From NCBI GenBank assembly GCA_951406725.2, contig OX597817.1, positions 151,962,001 through 152,026,000 of the forward strand: a stretch of DNA of 64,000 bases, given 5' to 3'. Below the pieces are notes generated by a model. The model did not search any database and was not told where the DNA came from. It saw nothing but the letters and a program-made list of their open reading frames with translations. This DNA comes from Octopus vulgaris (Eukaryota). Made by a program: the position numbers and the translations under genes. This document shows, piece by piece, positions 25,824 through 39,709 of the stretch; within the stretch, counting starts at the first letter, position 1; every line of letters begins with the position of its first letter.

Positions 25824-26880
25824 ATTTTGTGATATTTTGTGAAAATTCTTTGTTTGGGATGGAGATTATACATATAAATTATACATAGCGTTTGGTGTAG
25901 CCAATAGTCCTGAGATTTGTGTATTAATAGGATTGTACAGCTAAGATTAAGTTCAAAAGATATTCTACTCCACAGAATTCGGCTTTTACCATTATGATGC
26001 ACTATTCGTTTTCAAACTTTTGACAGCCGAACAATAGAGTCTATTCAAAGAGTTAACTCTGTAAACACCACAGCTTATACTAGTCTAAGTATAATTAATT
26101 TCTTAGATATAATTCTAGAATTAGGCGCTGGTAAATATTAATTTACAACAAATTTAACATGCAATTTCAGCATATTAATACAAATCCTAATTATCATGTA
26201 AAACCTAAGTTAATAGCATTAGCGAGCATGCAATCCAATTATTTTCTGAAGAGGAATCATTTTAGTATGCTACTCATTTATTAGAATGACGTGGTAAAAG
26301 ACAGATATTTTAAAGATACAATATATTACATAAAGAACGATATCTATATTCATAAACACAAAAGACAGAAAACTAAACATAATATAGTGCAATCCTCTCT
26401 AAAGTTTAAATGTTTGTTTTAATGTTGCCAGAATTTTTCCAAACCTTTCAATTATGCATTGCCCTATAGACTGTAGATATTATATGATTTGTGATTTTTT
26501 TTTTTTAAAGCGTTATGGTTAGATAGCGCTGCAGAAATTCATTTCTATTTCCACGGAAATAAACAGAAAAAACATTTATGATACGAATACGCAAAACTCT
26601 TTTCTAAGTAATTGCAATAATCTTTATATCCAGCCTTTAAACGATTATATCTTTCTAAAGCATTAAATTCGTGAAGGTAATTATCGATGGCAATGGAATA
26701 AGCTATACAAAGCTGCCACAATCTGTCATATCTACAATGATGTTCATATTAAAATATATATATATATTCATGACCACTAAAACGTTATTAAAAAGAGTCG
26801 CATCCCATATAATTACTTGTGATTTTTATACATAGCAGACATGAAAACGTTGTTTCGCACGTATATATATATATATATAT

Positions 26881-26881
26881 A

Positions 26882-26926
<45 letters not shown>

Positions 26927-27094
26927 TGTGTACAGTGCTCAGGTGCACTACAACTCATCTAAAGTGTATATATAATCAGGTGTAGTTTCGGCGGATTTCG
27001 GAAAGCATGAGGGCCTTAAAGGCAGTCGACAACTGATGCAGGCAGTTTATTCCATGCTTCAGCAACTCTGAGCGTGAAAAAATGTTTCCGAAAG
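26881..27094 (-). mobile_element. CR1-like LINE 3' end with (ATT)n tail
   Basis: RKHFFTLRVAEAWNKLPASVV motif followed by 3'UTR and (att)n. Confidence 0.8.
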
Positions 27095-27424
27095 TGTGTG
27101 TGGGGGAGGGGGGTGGATGGATGGATGGATGGATGGATATACGAAAATATTGAGTATTCTTTAAATAGTAATGAACAGATGAAGTAGGGATACATTTTTT
27201 TTTAAAGTTTTTATTTTCCGTCTCCAAATCAAATCACGATTGACAAATGTTGCGATGTTTTTACGAATACTTTTGCTTATTGCTAACATAAGTTGTCACA
27301 TTGCTTGCGTGCTTCAATCGCTTATATAAGGGAAATCATAAAACTCAGAATTACACTGTAAGAAGTCCTGCAAATGAAACATACACACTTTGTGCTTTTT
27401 CTGCAAACACAAAGGTTCAGCAAT

Positions 27425-27517
<93 letters not shown>

Positions 27518-27598
27518 GATGTATGCTTGTATGCATGCGCGTACACACATACACACACACACACATACACATACATATATATTAGAAGCAAAATCATT

Positions 27599-27924
27599 CG
27601 TGAAGGCGCGTTACTTAGTGGTTAGGGGCATTCGGCTCATGATCGTAAGGTCGTGTGTTCAATTCCCGGCGGCGCGTTGGGTCCTTGGGCAAGACACTTT
27701 ATTTCGTGTTGCTCCAGCCCACTCAGCTGGCAAAAATGAGTAGTACCTGTATTTCAAAGGGTCAGATTGTCACACTCTGTGTCACGCTGAATCTCCCCGA
27801 GAACTACATTAAGGGTACACGTGTTTGTGGAGTGCTCAGCCACTTGCATTTTAATTTCACGAGCAAGCTGTTCCGTTGATTGTATCAGCTGGGTCCCTCG
27901 TCGTTGCAACCGACGGAGTGCTCC
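27599..27924 (+). mobile_element. SINE family C with 16-bp TSD
   Basis: tagaagcaaaatcatt at 27583-27598 and 27925-27940. Confidence 0.88.
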
Positions 27925-27969
27925 TAGAAGCAAAATCATTTATACAGTAGTACACATTTGAAAAAAGTC

Positions 27970-28385
27970 AATAGGAGTGGCTGTGTGGTAAGTAGCTTAC
28001 TAACCAACCACATGGTTCCGGGTTCAGTCCCACTGCGTGGCATCTTGGGCAAGTGTCTTCTGCTATAGCCCCGGGCTGACCAATGCCTTGTGAGTGGATT
28101 TGATAGACGGAAACTGAAAGAAGCCTGTCGTATATATGTATATACATATATAAGTGTGTGTGTATATGTTTGTGTGTCTGTGTTTGTCCCCCTAGCATTG
28201 CTTGACAACCGATGCTGGTGTGTTTACGTCCCCGTCACTTAGCGGTTCGGCAAAAGAGACCGATAGAATAAGTACTGGGTTTACAAAGAATAAGTCCGGG
28301 GGTCGATTTGCTCGACTAAAGGCGGTGCTCCAGCATGGCCGTAGTCAAATGACTGAAACAAGTAAAATAGTAAATAGTAAAATAG
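27970..28385 (+). mobile_element. SINE family A (CpG-intact copy)
   Basis: Full head-to-tail copy. Confidence 0.9.
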
Positions 28386-28668
28386 TAAGAATGACTTGTC
28401 TGATAATTATTTTCCACTTTAACGATTCGATGTAAATAAATCGTATCGTGATTCTGTTTTTCTCAGTGATCACTGTTTTCTGGGGATTTTTTTCTTTTTC
28501 CTTTTGAAAAAGAGACTTTAAAAAAAATCTCTCATCACTGAAAAAAACGGAGTCATAATATGATTTGTAAACATCTAACGATTTCGAAACATTTAATCAT
28601 TAACGTGGAAAATAATTATCAGAAAAGTCATTCTTATCCACTTTTCAACTGTGTGTGTGTGTGTGTTT

Positions 28669-28738
<70 letters not shown>

Positions 28739-29199
28739 TAGTACCAGTCTGTGCACATGACATGACCAGGCCATTGGTGGTCCGTAAGATATTATTCTCT
28801 CTATGAAATCATCTGATCGTAGATATCTGATGAACTAGGTGGTTAATCATATATATGGAACCTCAAGTAACGTAGGGCTGTATCAACCTGTTGATAAATA
28901 CTTTAGCTCTCTCTCTACATGTGTTCACTTCTATTTTCTGTTGTTTACAAGCCTGAGAAATTACTCAGTGCATAATAAAATAAGTAAGTATATTCTATTA
29001 AATGCTGAAGCTTCTTCACCTGTAACTTTGAACTTTATGGTTCGATTGTTCAAAAGACTGAAGAAGGGAAACAGTGTAAGAAAACTTAAGGAAAATTATT
29101 CCCAATCACACCGAAATATGATAGACCGGTTGTACATTGAGATTTGATTTGCTGCTACAAAATGTGTTAAAAACTGTGTCACACATTTATATGTGATAT

Positions 29200-30120
29200 T
29201 GATAACATTTATTTTCATCCATAGACGTTAGAAAACACGTAATATTTCACATATAAGCTGCTAATTATATCATTATAATACATATATAATATTACATAGA
29301 AGTGTTTCATCGATGATGCTTCATGATAATGGAGGACATTCAGATCCTAGGTCCCTGAGGTGTCAAACCAAATAGGATATGGAGGTAGAGTTTTTCTTGT
29401 GCTTTGACCTTGTAGTGACCCCATTTTGGAAATCAACAAAATGGCAGAAGAATCCGTTCTGTTCTATTAGCATATGGATGAAAACTGAATGCGGGAACTT
29501 CCGACAGGCCTCCCGAAAGAATATAACTCTGCGCATGCGTGCTGAAGATTTCCAAATGGCGTCATTACAACCTAAATAAATGTAGTTGCTGGTAGCAACT
29601 GCATTTGAAAATGTTCATTATGGGTCTTCTGTAATTCTTGTTGATACCACCCAGGGGTGTTGAGTTCCCTATTGTTCTTTTTGATATCATCCGACAGTAT
29701 TATAGATGTTTGATATATCACTAATTTAGAAAGACAGGATCTTCTGAGAGGAGGATAGAGACTTCGACTGTTATAAGCTTGCTGCTGCGGGTGAGGTTGT
29801 GTAGGTGTGGGTTTTCTGAAGTGTGGTTGGAGAAAATTTTATCCAAGCAGGAATAGGTGACTTTAAAGTAATGAGAGTTAAAGTGTTTGTTTTAATGTGT
29901 ATCGGTGGGAAGTGTTGTTTTACTTGAGTTCGTAAGTTTCTGGCAATGATTGCGTAACATCTAAGTTATATGGTAAATTAAACCAAATTACTCTTTGTTC
30001 TACTCTGATGTGAGGGTGGCAGTGACGGTGGAGCGTTATCCATGTATGTTAGCTTCTTTGTGTAACCGCTTTTCGTTAGGACCTCCGAGCAGAACTGTTA
30101 ATCCATCTACAATGTCCCAA
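29200..30120 (-). mobile_element. Degenerate Penelope-like element remnant (RT-EN linker and GIY-YIG region)
   Basis: Frameshifted RVIWFNLPYN...HFPP...KVTYSC, YIYLGC and NSTSISYLV*HLRD resemble the Penelope IIWFNPPY...KHFP...KVSYSC and NSTxLSxYIWxLKD motifs. Confidence 0.65.
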
Positions 30121-30179
30121 AGAAATCATATCAATAAGTAATCAGAATACTTCTAACAATAAAACTCGGAAAAAAATCT

Positions 30180-32270
30180 CATTAAACCACTTGGAATGGA
30201 TTTGACATTGGAGATTTAATACAAAACAATGTAGAAAACATTGAAAAATATTCGCGGAAAAGATATGTTCCTTTGTTCAAAGCATTTCCAAGCCATAGAG
30301 AACGGCAATCTTTTCCAGTTGTCATTTTTAAACACAGAAATTACAACGTTGCTAATTCTGAGAGAGATTGGCCAGTATGGAGCATCAAGAAACAAACTAT
30401 ACTTTATTTACAACGTCAACCCTTTAAAAAAAATTGAAGTTAATTCATCAGATTTGACAATAGAGAATGGATGTTAATTCATCAGTTTTGACAATAGAAA
30501 ATGGATGATAAATTACTGGAAATGGAGAGATTTATATGTCAGTATTGTTGAGCATGAACGTGGTAACTGATATAAATTGAATTCTGTATCATAGTGAGAG
30601 CTAAAATAAGGAATTTATTCGAACGGATGAAAGAAACATTTTTCAGTATAATTTCTAATTGACAAATTTATTTCGCACAAAGAAGAATTAGCATTCCGTA
30701 GTATCTCTCATTTGATTAGTGGTGGTCACAATGGCAATTTTGGGGGCTGGTTGTGCTTAAAACCCACATCAATCAAGTCAAAGAAAGCTAAGGAAACAGG
30801 GAAAGATTTCAGGTAGATTATTTGTCACATGAGTCTGAAAACGAATTTATTTTTCTGTGCTCCGGTCTCGTTTTAAAATAAATCTTTCTAAAAGATCAAA
30901 GGCAAAATTTAATGATCGTTGATGTAACGTCTGATTTCATATATATAAAACAGACGACATTTATCATATATATTACTTTCAAAGAATAAACTGTGAGAGT
31001 CAAGAGTGATTTCTATCTTTTAAAATTTATCGAGAGAAAACAGATTTTTGATAAACCTGATAAAGGAAACATTGAGTAAATTTACTTCCTCTTAAAAAGT
31101 TGCTTCAATTAATGATATGAAAATTATGCAAATACGGTTATGTATTAGTGGGTGCGGAAGATATTTCTTAATTAAAATCCAGTCGTTATTTCCTCACCAT
31201 ATGAATATCATTAATTGAATCTGTGCGACAGCTTCAAATTAAAGCAGACACATTTATTTTATCAACGGAAATATCTTTCTCTCTTGTCCAAAATTTTATC
31301 CTAATCATTTTTCAAAGACCGAGATTTTCTGATGCACATAGGTTTGTCAGTCGTTGCATTTTATGTCGTCTAGTCAGTGATCAGCCAGAATCGGTAATGT
31401 GAAGTTATTTGCATCGAATTTCAGTGGAATCAAATTGGCCCTCTGGGATGTTCTGAAACAATCTGATGCCAAAGACTAGAAATAAAGTAACGAGAGCTTT
31501 TTACAGATGAATTCCCATGCCATCAACTTGGTTCGACATTCTTGTTCACAACATCTGCAACTGGTATTTCAGATATAGAAGTAATCAACTAAATGCTCTT
31601 CGAAAATCTACAGACACTACAAGATCAATTTGACAGAGCTAAAGCATATCACTAACGTTCTGCAAATTGAAATGAAATTACAAGCAAACGAGAAAAAGTG
31701 AAAGATATTTTTTGATAAGAACCAGACAAGTGATGATAGGCAGGAAAAACATTCCCACACGTATGCAGAATCATTATATTGGACATCTGCTTTTCTTTAT
31801 ATCATTATCGATTCTGTCATTAGTGGTCTAACAAGAAAATTTAAAGCTCCAAAGAAAATTTTTTATGCATTTTTTTTTTCATTCCTCCAGTAATACCTGT
31901 CTATATTGAAAAATCTTTCGAACACAAAATGCGTGTCATTTACAGAAATCTCTTATGTTGATGTACTTTCAAGTGTTGATATACTTTCAAAGAACTTTCA
32001 AGAGATTTAATAGACACGAAAACTATGATACATCGTGGTAACTTTAGAAAATAAATTATTTAAACCTGGGGATGCACCATGACGTACACAACCACAAGTC
32101 AGAAAATATCCTGAATATTTGTGTATCGTTTCGTATTTTCCTCGCGCTGTCTACAACCTTCATACAGTTAACTTAAACGGACAAAGAACTATTTCTGAAC
32201 AAACATGTCACAAGTTTGTCTGATAGCTTTAACTCGACGATAAAGAATCGAATTGAATTTCAGTTGAAAC
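30180..32270 (+). pseudogene. Decayed hAT transposase
   Basis: Scattered motifs HNGNF, MIVDVTSD...QTTFI (first catalytic Asp region) and NICVSFRIFLAL (hATC dimerisation domain); many stops and frameshifts. Confidence 0.65.
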
Positions 32271-32298
32271 ATTGATTGCAGTCTTACATGTCTCTATG

Positions 32299-32354
32299 TG
32301 GAGGCGCAATGGCCCAGTGGTTAGGGCAGTGGTTAGTAACCGACGGAGTGCTTC
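32299..32354 (+). mobile_element. Ultra-short internally deleted SINE C with 14-bp TSD
   Basis: tacatgtctctatg at 32285-32298 and 32355-32368 flanks the family C 5' end joined to its last ~20 nt. Confidence 0.8.
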
Positions 32355-32702
32355 TACATGTCTCTATGCATACAAGGGGCCGTACAAAGTAATTTTGATA
32401 AAAAAGAGAAAACTCATTTAGTCCATTCTATGATCTTTGGTAATAAATAATTAAAATTACTTTCTTTTTATCATTTATTTTCTTTTACGTGTTTCAGTTA
32501 TTGGACTGCGGTCATACTGGGGCACCACCTTGAAGGATTTTGTCGATTAAATTGACCTTCGGTGCCGGTAGTTATTCTGTCGGTTTTTTTTTTGGGGGGG
32601 GGGGTTGCCGAGCAGGACGTAAACAAACCAATCAAGTTGTGTGGTTACAAACATATAGATACACAAACTTGTGTGTGTGTGTATGTGCGTGTACATACAT
32701 AC

Positions 32703-32733
<31 letters not shown>

Positions 32734-32892
32734 TGTATGTATGTATGTATGTATTATGCATGCATGTATGTATGTATGTATGTATGTATGTATGTATGTA
32801 TGTATGTAGGCACCCCTAGCGCGAAACCGACTGGTAAGGTCGGCCGTGATGGATATATAACACTGTACACTTCGGATGATATATATATATAG

Positions 32893-32992
<100 letters not shown>

Positions 32993-33113
32993 ATACGCAC
33001 ACACACATACCAAGAGAGGGAGAGCGGGGGGGGAACTAATTAATCATTCTCCAACTGTTCGATAGTTTTAAAGCTGAGCATTTAAATAATAAAAGATTCC
33101 ATTCAAATTTCAG

Positions 33114-33216
33114 ATCCTAGCGATTCTATGAGACCCAAACTAATTTCCATACACACAAAGGATTTTATCTTAAGAGACAGCTTTGACGATTCTTCCTATT
33201 TTGATACTTCACTCTG
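33114..33216 (+). CDS. RELN: Reelin coding exon 4
   Basis: Acceptor atttcag. Encodes (D)PSDSMRPKLISIHTKDFILRDSFDDSSYFDTSL(W) vs Reelin [26 protein letters not shown]...NIW. Donor gtaaga; phases 1/2. Confidence 0.92.
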
Positions 33217-33264
33217 GTAAGATTTCACTTATATTTCACTCCGTCGTCATCATCGTTGCAGTTG

Positions 33265-33295
<31 letters not shown>

Positions 33296-33643
33296 CATCA
33301 TCATCACCACCATCCTAATCCTCACCATCATCATCATCATCATCATCAACAACACCGTGTTACCCTGTCACATGCAGAGCACCAAGCGACTGAAGAGGGA
33401 TGAAGCGTATTTGATTGTATTCTTTTATTTGTTTATTTGTTTCAGGCCTTTGACTGCGGCGGCCATGCTGGAGCACCGCCTTTCAGTCGAAGAAATCGAA
33501 CCCGTGACTTTATTCTTTGTAAGCCTGGTATTTCTTCAATCGGTCACTTTTACCGAACCGCTAAGTTACGGGGACGTAAACACACTAACATCGGTTGTCA
33601 AACGATGGTTGGGGTACAAACACAGACACAAAGATTCACACAC

Positions 33644-33645
<2 letters not shown>

Positions 33646-33722
<77 letters not shown>
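33646..33722. repeat. (GATA)n microsatellite
   Basis: Read directly. Confidence 0.97.
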
Positions 33723-33984
33723 TAAGCGCAAGAGTGGCTGTGTGGTAAGTAGCTTGCTTACCAACCACATGGTTCCGCGTTCAGTCCCACTGCGTGGTAC
33801 CTTGGGCAAGTGTCTTCTACTATAACCTCGGACCGGCCAGAGTTTTGTGAGTGGATTTGGTAGACAAAAACTTAAAGAAGCCTGTTGTATATGTGTGTGT
33901 GTTTGTCCCCACCATCATCTTTTGACAACCGATGTTGGAGTGTTTACATCCACATAACTTAGCGGTTCGGGAAAAGAGAACGTT

Positions 33985-34495
33985 AAGATAGACGAACTGC
34001 TGCTAAGCATTTCACCCGACGTGCTGACGTTTCTAGCAGCTCGCCGCCTAAGAAAATATATATATTCGTTTCTACTTTAGGCACAAGGGCCGAAATTTTG
34101 GGGGAGGGGCAAGTCGATTAGACCGACCCCAGTACGCAACTTGTACTTAATTTATTGACCCCGAAAGGATGAAAGGCAAAGTCGATCTCGGCAGAATTTG
34201 AACTCGGAACGTTAAGACAGACGAAATACTGCTAAGCATTTCGCCCGGCGTGCTAACGTTTCTTATTTCTTTATTGCCCACAAGAGGCTAAACATAGAGG
34301 GGACAAACAAGGAGAGACAAAAGGATTAAGTCGATTACATCGACCCCAGTGCGCAACTGGTACTTAATTCATCGACCCCGAAATGATGAAAGGCAAAGTC
34401 GACCTCGGCGGAATTTGAACTCAGAACGTAACAGCAGACGAAATGCCTATTCCTTTACTACCCACAAGGGGCTAAACATAGAGGGGACAAACAAG
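33985..34495 (-). mobile_element. Head-to-tail cluster of SINE B copies and fragments
   Basis: Three to four consecutive same-orientation pieces. Confidence 0.8.
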
Positions 34496-34784
34496 TTTTA
34501 ACCTCAACTATAACACATAGGCTGGAATAGATCTCCAATTTGTAAGCCTGAATTGTCTGACACGCCGATAGGCGGGGAGAGGAGGGGACTATATAATTTA
34601 TCTTTTTATCATTTGTTTCAGTCGGACGGCGGCCATGCTGGGGCACCGCCTTCTGGAATTTTAGTCGAACGAATCGACCCTTTTCTGTTTTGTTTAAAAA
34701 CCTCGTACTTATTCTATTAGTCTTTGTTGGCGAGCCGTTTGGTTACTTGGATGTAAGCACCAACACCGGTGACAAACACACACG

Positions 34785-34819
<35 letters not shown>

Positions 34820-35172
34820 GACGGGCTTCTTTCAATTTCCGTCTACCAATTGAGTAAGTACGAGACTCTAAGAAAAAAAAACAGTCTCCGGGGTCGAATC
34901 GTTCGACTAAAACCGTTCAAGTTGGTGCCGCCCCAGCATGGCCGCAGTTTAATAACTGAAACAAATGAAAGATGAAGGAAAAGGGGAAAAGATGGCTGAA
35001 TAAAATATACTACAGTAAAATTAAGCCAATTGGAAAATTCATTATCTATTGATTTAACTTCCAGTCAAGACAGCACGGAGACGGATATTAAAAAGATAAT
35101 AAAATTGATAAACTTCAAATGGTAACAAAACTGAAGAACGAACATCAGTTAAAAGTTTAAATAAATGTATTA

Positions 35173-36479
35173 CTAGCTGACCCCGAGTCGTCCAAAATGA
35201 CGGTTAATTGTAGGCGAAGAGCTGGTAGAAACGTTAGCACGTCGGGCGAAATGCTTAGCGGTATTTCGTCTGCCGTTACGTTGTGAGTTCAAATTCCGCC
35301 GAGGTCGACTTTACCTTTCATCCTTCCGGGGTCGATAAATTAAGTACCAGTTACGCACTGGGGTCGATGTAATCGACTTAATACCTATGTCTGTCCTTGT
35401 TTGTCCCCTCTGTGTTTAGCCCCTTGTGGGTAATAAAGAAATAGGTATTTCGTCTGCCGTTACGCTGTGAGTTCAAATTCCGCCGAGGTCGACTTTACCT
35501 TTCATCCTTTCGGGGTCGATAAATTAAGTACCAGTTACGCACTGGGGTCGATGTAATCGACTTAATACCTATGTCTGTCCTTGTTTGTCCCCTCTGTGTT
35601 TAGCCCCTTGTGGGTAATAAAGAAATAGGTATTTCGTCTGCCGTTACGTTGTGAGTTCAAATTCCGCCGAGGTTGACTTTACCTTTCATCCTTTCGGGGT
35701 CGATAAATTAAGTACCAGTTACGCACTGGGGTCGATGTAATCGACTTAATACCTATGTCTGTCCTTGTTTGTCCCCTCTGTGTTTAGCCCCTTGTGGGTA
35801 ATAAAGAAATAGGTATTTCGTCTGCCGTTACGTTGTGAGTTCAAATTCCGCCGAGGTCGACTTTACCTTTCATCCTTTCGGGGTCGATAAATTAAGTACC
35901 AGATGCGCACTGGGTCGATATAATCGACTTAATACCTATGTCTGTCATTGTTAGTCCCTTCTATGTTTAGCCCCTTGTGGGTAATAAAGAAATAGGTTAA
36001 TTGTAGTATTTTATATATAAGTAAGGTGCAAACCAAGTTTTTAGTTTAATAATTATTTTATTACCAAATTTTTTGTGAAAAATCTATCTGCAATTAACAT
36101 ACCTTGACTATTTGTTTCCTTCAAAAGAATTTTAAAGTTTTCCTTCCTTCTTGTACGACTTAAGGCCACATAAAGCTGGCCGTGACAAAACATGGGGGCT
36201 GACAAGTAAATACCAACTTTTTCAAAGCTCTTTCCTTGCGATTTGTTTATGGTCATGGGAAAAGCTGGTATCACAGTAATGTCAATGTTATCTAGTGGTT
36301 TTCTTTTGGAATGTAATGTCGATCATCGTTTTGTTACTGAAAGAACGCTGGTTCACACATACACACATTCACATACTTCCCATCTACACGCACTCACATA
36401 CACACATAGACTCACACAGAGTTGAAACGCTGTTTGATTTTTCTTTTCAGCGTTAAATGTTCACCATCCCACTTCCATT

Positions 36480-36521
<42 letters not shown>

Positions 36522-36743
36522 TAACAAACAAACAAACAAACAATCATTCACATACTTCCCTTTTACATACACACACATATACTCACACTGAGTTGAAATG
36601 CTGTTTGTTTTTTCCCCGTAGAATTTCCATCATCCCACTTACCAGTTTACCATGACCTTTTCCTTCCTTATTCATCTATTACCCCTTCCTTTTTCATTTA
36701 TATGTTGTGACGGAGAAAAGCACAAGAGTATTATTATAATAGA
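35173..36743 (-). mobile_element. Non-autonomous Helitron with both termini and a Pif1 helicase C-terminal fragment
   Basis: Minus strand reads A|TCTATTATAATAATAC...hairpin cgtcattttggacg...cagCTAG|T. The ORF at 36053-36274 encodes [37 protein letters not shown]. Confidence 0.85.
35214..35994 (+). mobile_element. SINE B tetramer (one head plus four 184-bp units) with 12-bp TSD
   Basis: Units start at 35261, 35445, 35629 and 35813. ggttaattgtag occurs at 35202-35213 and 35995-36006. Confidence 0.92.
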
Positions 36744-37160
36744 TTATAAAGGCGGCAAAACCTCGCAAAAGATATCTATGCACAACTGCTTCGAAACCTC
36801 CAGCTTGTATATCCATTGCAGCTTTTATATCCATTACATTTATATCGTACATTACAAGTCCAATCTGTGAGTGGAACAGTAAAAATATGCAAAACTTTTC
36901 TGAAGTTCAATATGTGAATTTGTCTGTGTTAACTACATCACAAAGATGGAGCTTTGTATATGTTGGAAACCGGCTCCCTTCTCAGCATTCAAGATTCACT
37001 TTAATCCAGGCTCATAACTTTCTTATCATTCTGGTGCTGGTGGCGTGACAAAATGCATCCAGCCCATGCTGTAATGGACATTTCCTTGATCTTCGTGTAT
37101 AAAACTTCTCTTTGCAGCCCTTCTCAGTTGCTTAACGCTATTTATGTTTTGTTTTATTAG

Positions 37161-37254
37161 GTTAAAGAGTGAAGGTGCAGAAATAGATAAATCCTGTGGA
37201 GTTGTGCTACATGACAAATCGGCTGTCTTCTGTTCTCCTGGATTACGTAAATTA
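37161..37254 (+). CDS. RELN: Reelin coding exon 5
   Basis: Acceptor gttttattag. Encodes LKSEGAEIDKSCGVVLHDKSAVFCSPGLRKL vs Reelin [23 protein letters not shown]. Donor gtaagt; phases 2/0. Confidence 0.92.
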
Positions 37255-37499
37255 GTAAGTAAGGTTTATTTGTCATTAGTTAATATCGGTTGAAGATTAA
37301 ACTCTTTATCTGTAGAATTACTTTCAGCATCAGAGAAGTCCAGAATGCTAACCTGTGTAGAGTAATGATTGAACGGTTGTTGAAATCAAAGATACTATAT
37401 TTGATCTGTAGATAGAAAAGAATACATATATTTTAAGCACGATATTATCTACATTGTGTGTGTGTGTGGTGGTGGTGGTGGAAATACTAAACGAAATGT

Positions 37500-38650
37500 T
37501 TTTTTGAAATTTGCATTTCCATTGCGTTTCCACCACCACCACCTCCAATGGCTGCTCTCAGTTCATCGACTGTTGCCGGTTTTGAACCGTAAACTTTATT
37601 ATTTTAGTAGCCCAATAATAAAACCTCTAGTGGTGTAACGTCCGGAGAAAATTATTCTAAATCCTTCTGTTCAATCTACTTCATTGGCAAAAATCACATT
37701 AATGTAGACTCTTACATTACTATAGTTGCGTTGGGGTACTCCATCTTGCTGGAAATAAAATTCTACATCTTCAAAGTTCTCATGAATGTTTGGCACGGCA
37801 GGTTGTCACATCAAGTTCAAGTAAAAGTAGCAGTCAGAGTACTGTCGAAAGAGAATGATCCAATATAGTAACTCCTGATAAATTAACATCATGTTCTTCT
37901 GTAATTTGTGGATTCTCAGATAACCAGCATGAGCGATTACGGCAGTTAATTGAGCCATTTAATTTAAATGTAGCCTGATCACTCCAAACGATCTTTGTTG
38001 GAGAGTGTGCATCTAGGATCTTTTCACTTTGACCGGCAGATTTTTAAAATAATTTCTTTGTAACTAAACACTTTTAAACTTCGTATACTGGTAGAATGTG
38101 TTACATAAAACATCTTTTTCTCTTGGGTTTTTTGAGAAAATTCTAGTTTGTAAGCTATTTGTTGTTTAATTTCTTGCATTTCGGCAATTTCAACCAATCA
38201 ATGACGTCTATTGAGGTGGATACAATTTCTGCGGTTCTTTGTCAACAACATCTACAACACATCTTACCAAGTACCACACGCAAGACTCTACTCCTCGGTC
38301 AGGATTATATTCATCAAGAGGGTACCACTTTTCCAATGATAGCGCTACAAATATAATGGACGCTTGATTTTGAAATTCCCATCTGACCACTCACTTGTCG
38401 AACAGATTTTCTTGAACTCTAGGAAAACGTTTCTAATACTCTTTCTTACTTCGTGGAGCTTATCAATGACCGCAGTGTTCCGCAACATTTCTTGCGGACA
38501 TTCATAACCGTTCCATCAGCTTCAATCTTATCTATTTAACTCCCTCTTAAACTCTCGTTGCACTTCGATTGCGCTTTCAAACCTCCAGTAGCGCCTTTGG
38601 GTAAATGCTCTTGTTTAAATCTGTCTGTTACGCCTCATTATTTCTAATGG
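37500..38650 (-). pseudogene. Decayed Tc1/mariner transposase, interrupted by a MITE fragment at about 38015-38250
   Basis: YWRFESAIEVQREF (N-terminus), FYFQQDGVP and SPDVTPLE..LLGY*.NKVY..KPATVDELRAAI. Confidence 0.75.
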
Positions 38651-38879
38651 GTTTACATCTAAAAACAAATAACAATTGTGTGTGTTATCAGCTATTAAAG
38701 TGTATATGCATTTTGGTGTATGTGTGTATTTTATTAATGTAAATTAATGTTTGTTTTTATATCCAGTTTTGTATAAAAGCAATTTAACATTTGACTGAAA
38801 GATTACTCAATACTTTTTAATAGAATACGCATTTATTAACTTTTACACGGAAAAGTTTGTCGACCTTTTCCTGATAATA

Positions 38880-39453
<574 letters not shown>

Positions 39454-39648
39454 TGACATTATATAATTAGGGCTTAGTAAAATAAATTACTTTGCCACAT
39501 ACTGAACTTACTAGAAATAGCAGCCAAAAAAAAGATTTTTAGCCATTTCTACTACTTAAAGAAAATTTCTCTCAGATAATGTTTACTCAAAATAACTCAC
39601 GAAGGTATGGAGGTAAAAACAGAAAAATATCACAAGTACAAAGATCAT

Positions 39649-39709
39649 TTGAGAACGTTAACGTTTCTAGATTAGCCAAATAAACTCAGCATTTCTTTCG
39701 TCAGCTCAA
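39649..39709 (-). ncRNA. Type I hammerhead ribozyme motif with palindromic stem III
   Basis: Minus strand: ttgag-CTGACGA-(stem II region)-GAAA-cgttaacg-TT-ctcaa. Stem I ttgag/ctcaa, GUU triplet. Confidence 0.65.

Noticed and set aside
30070-30140. Possible Reelin exon after ttcgttag
   Set aside because: No suitable donor before the stop; it lies in the Penelope remnant, and the exon at 33114 fits the homology.
35261-35996. Regular direct repeats resembling a CRISPR array or satellite
   Set aside because: Contiguous 184-bp SINE units with no unique spacers; eukaryotic context, no cas genes.
36053-36274. Host PIF1 helicase gene
   Set aside because: Isolated C-terminal fragment lying between Helitron termini.
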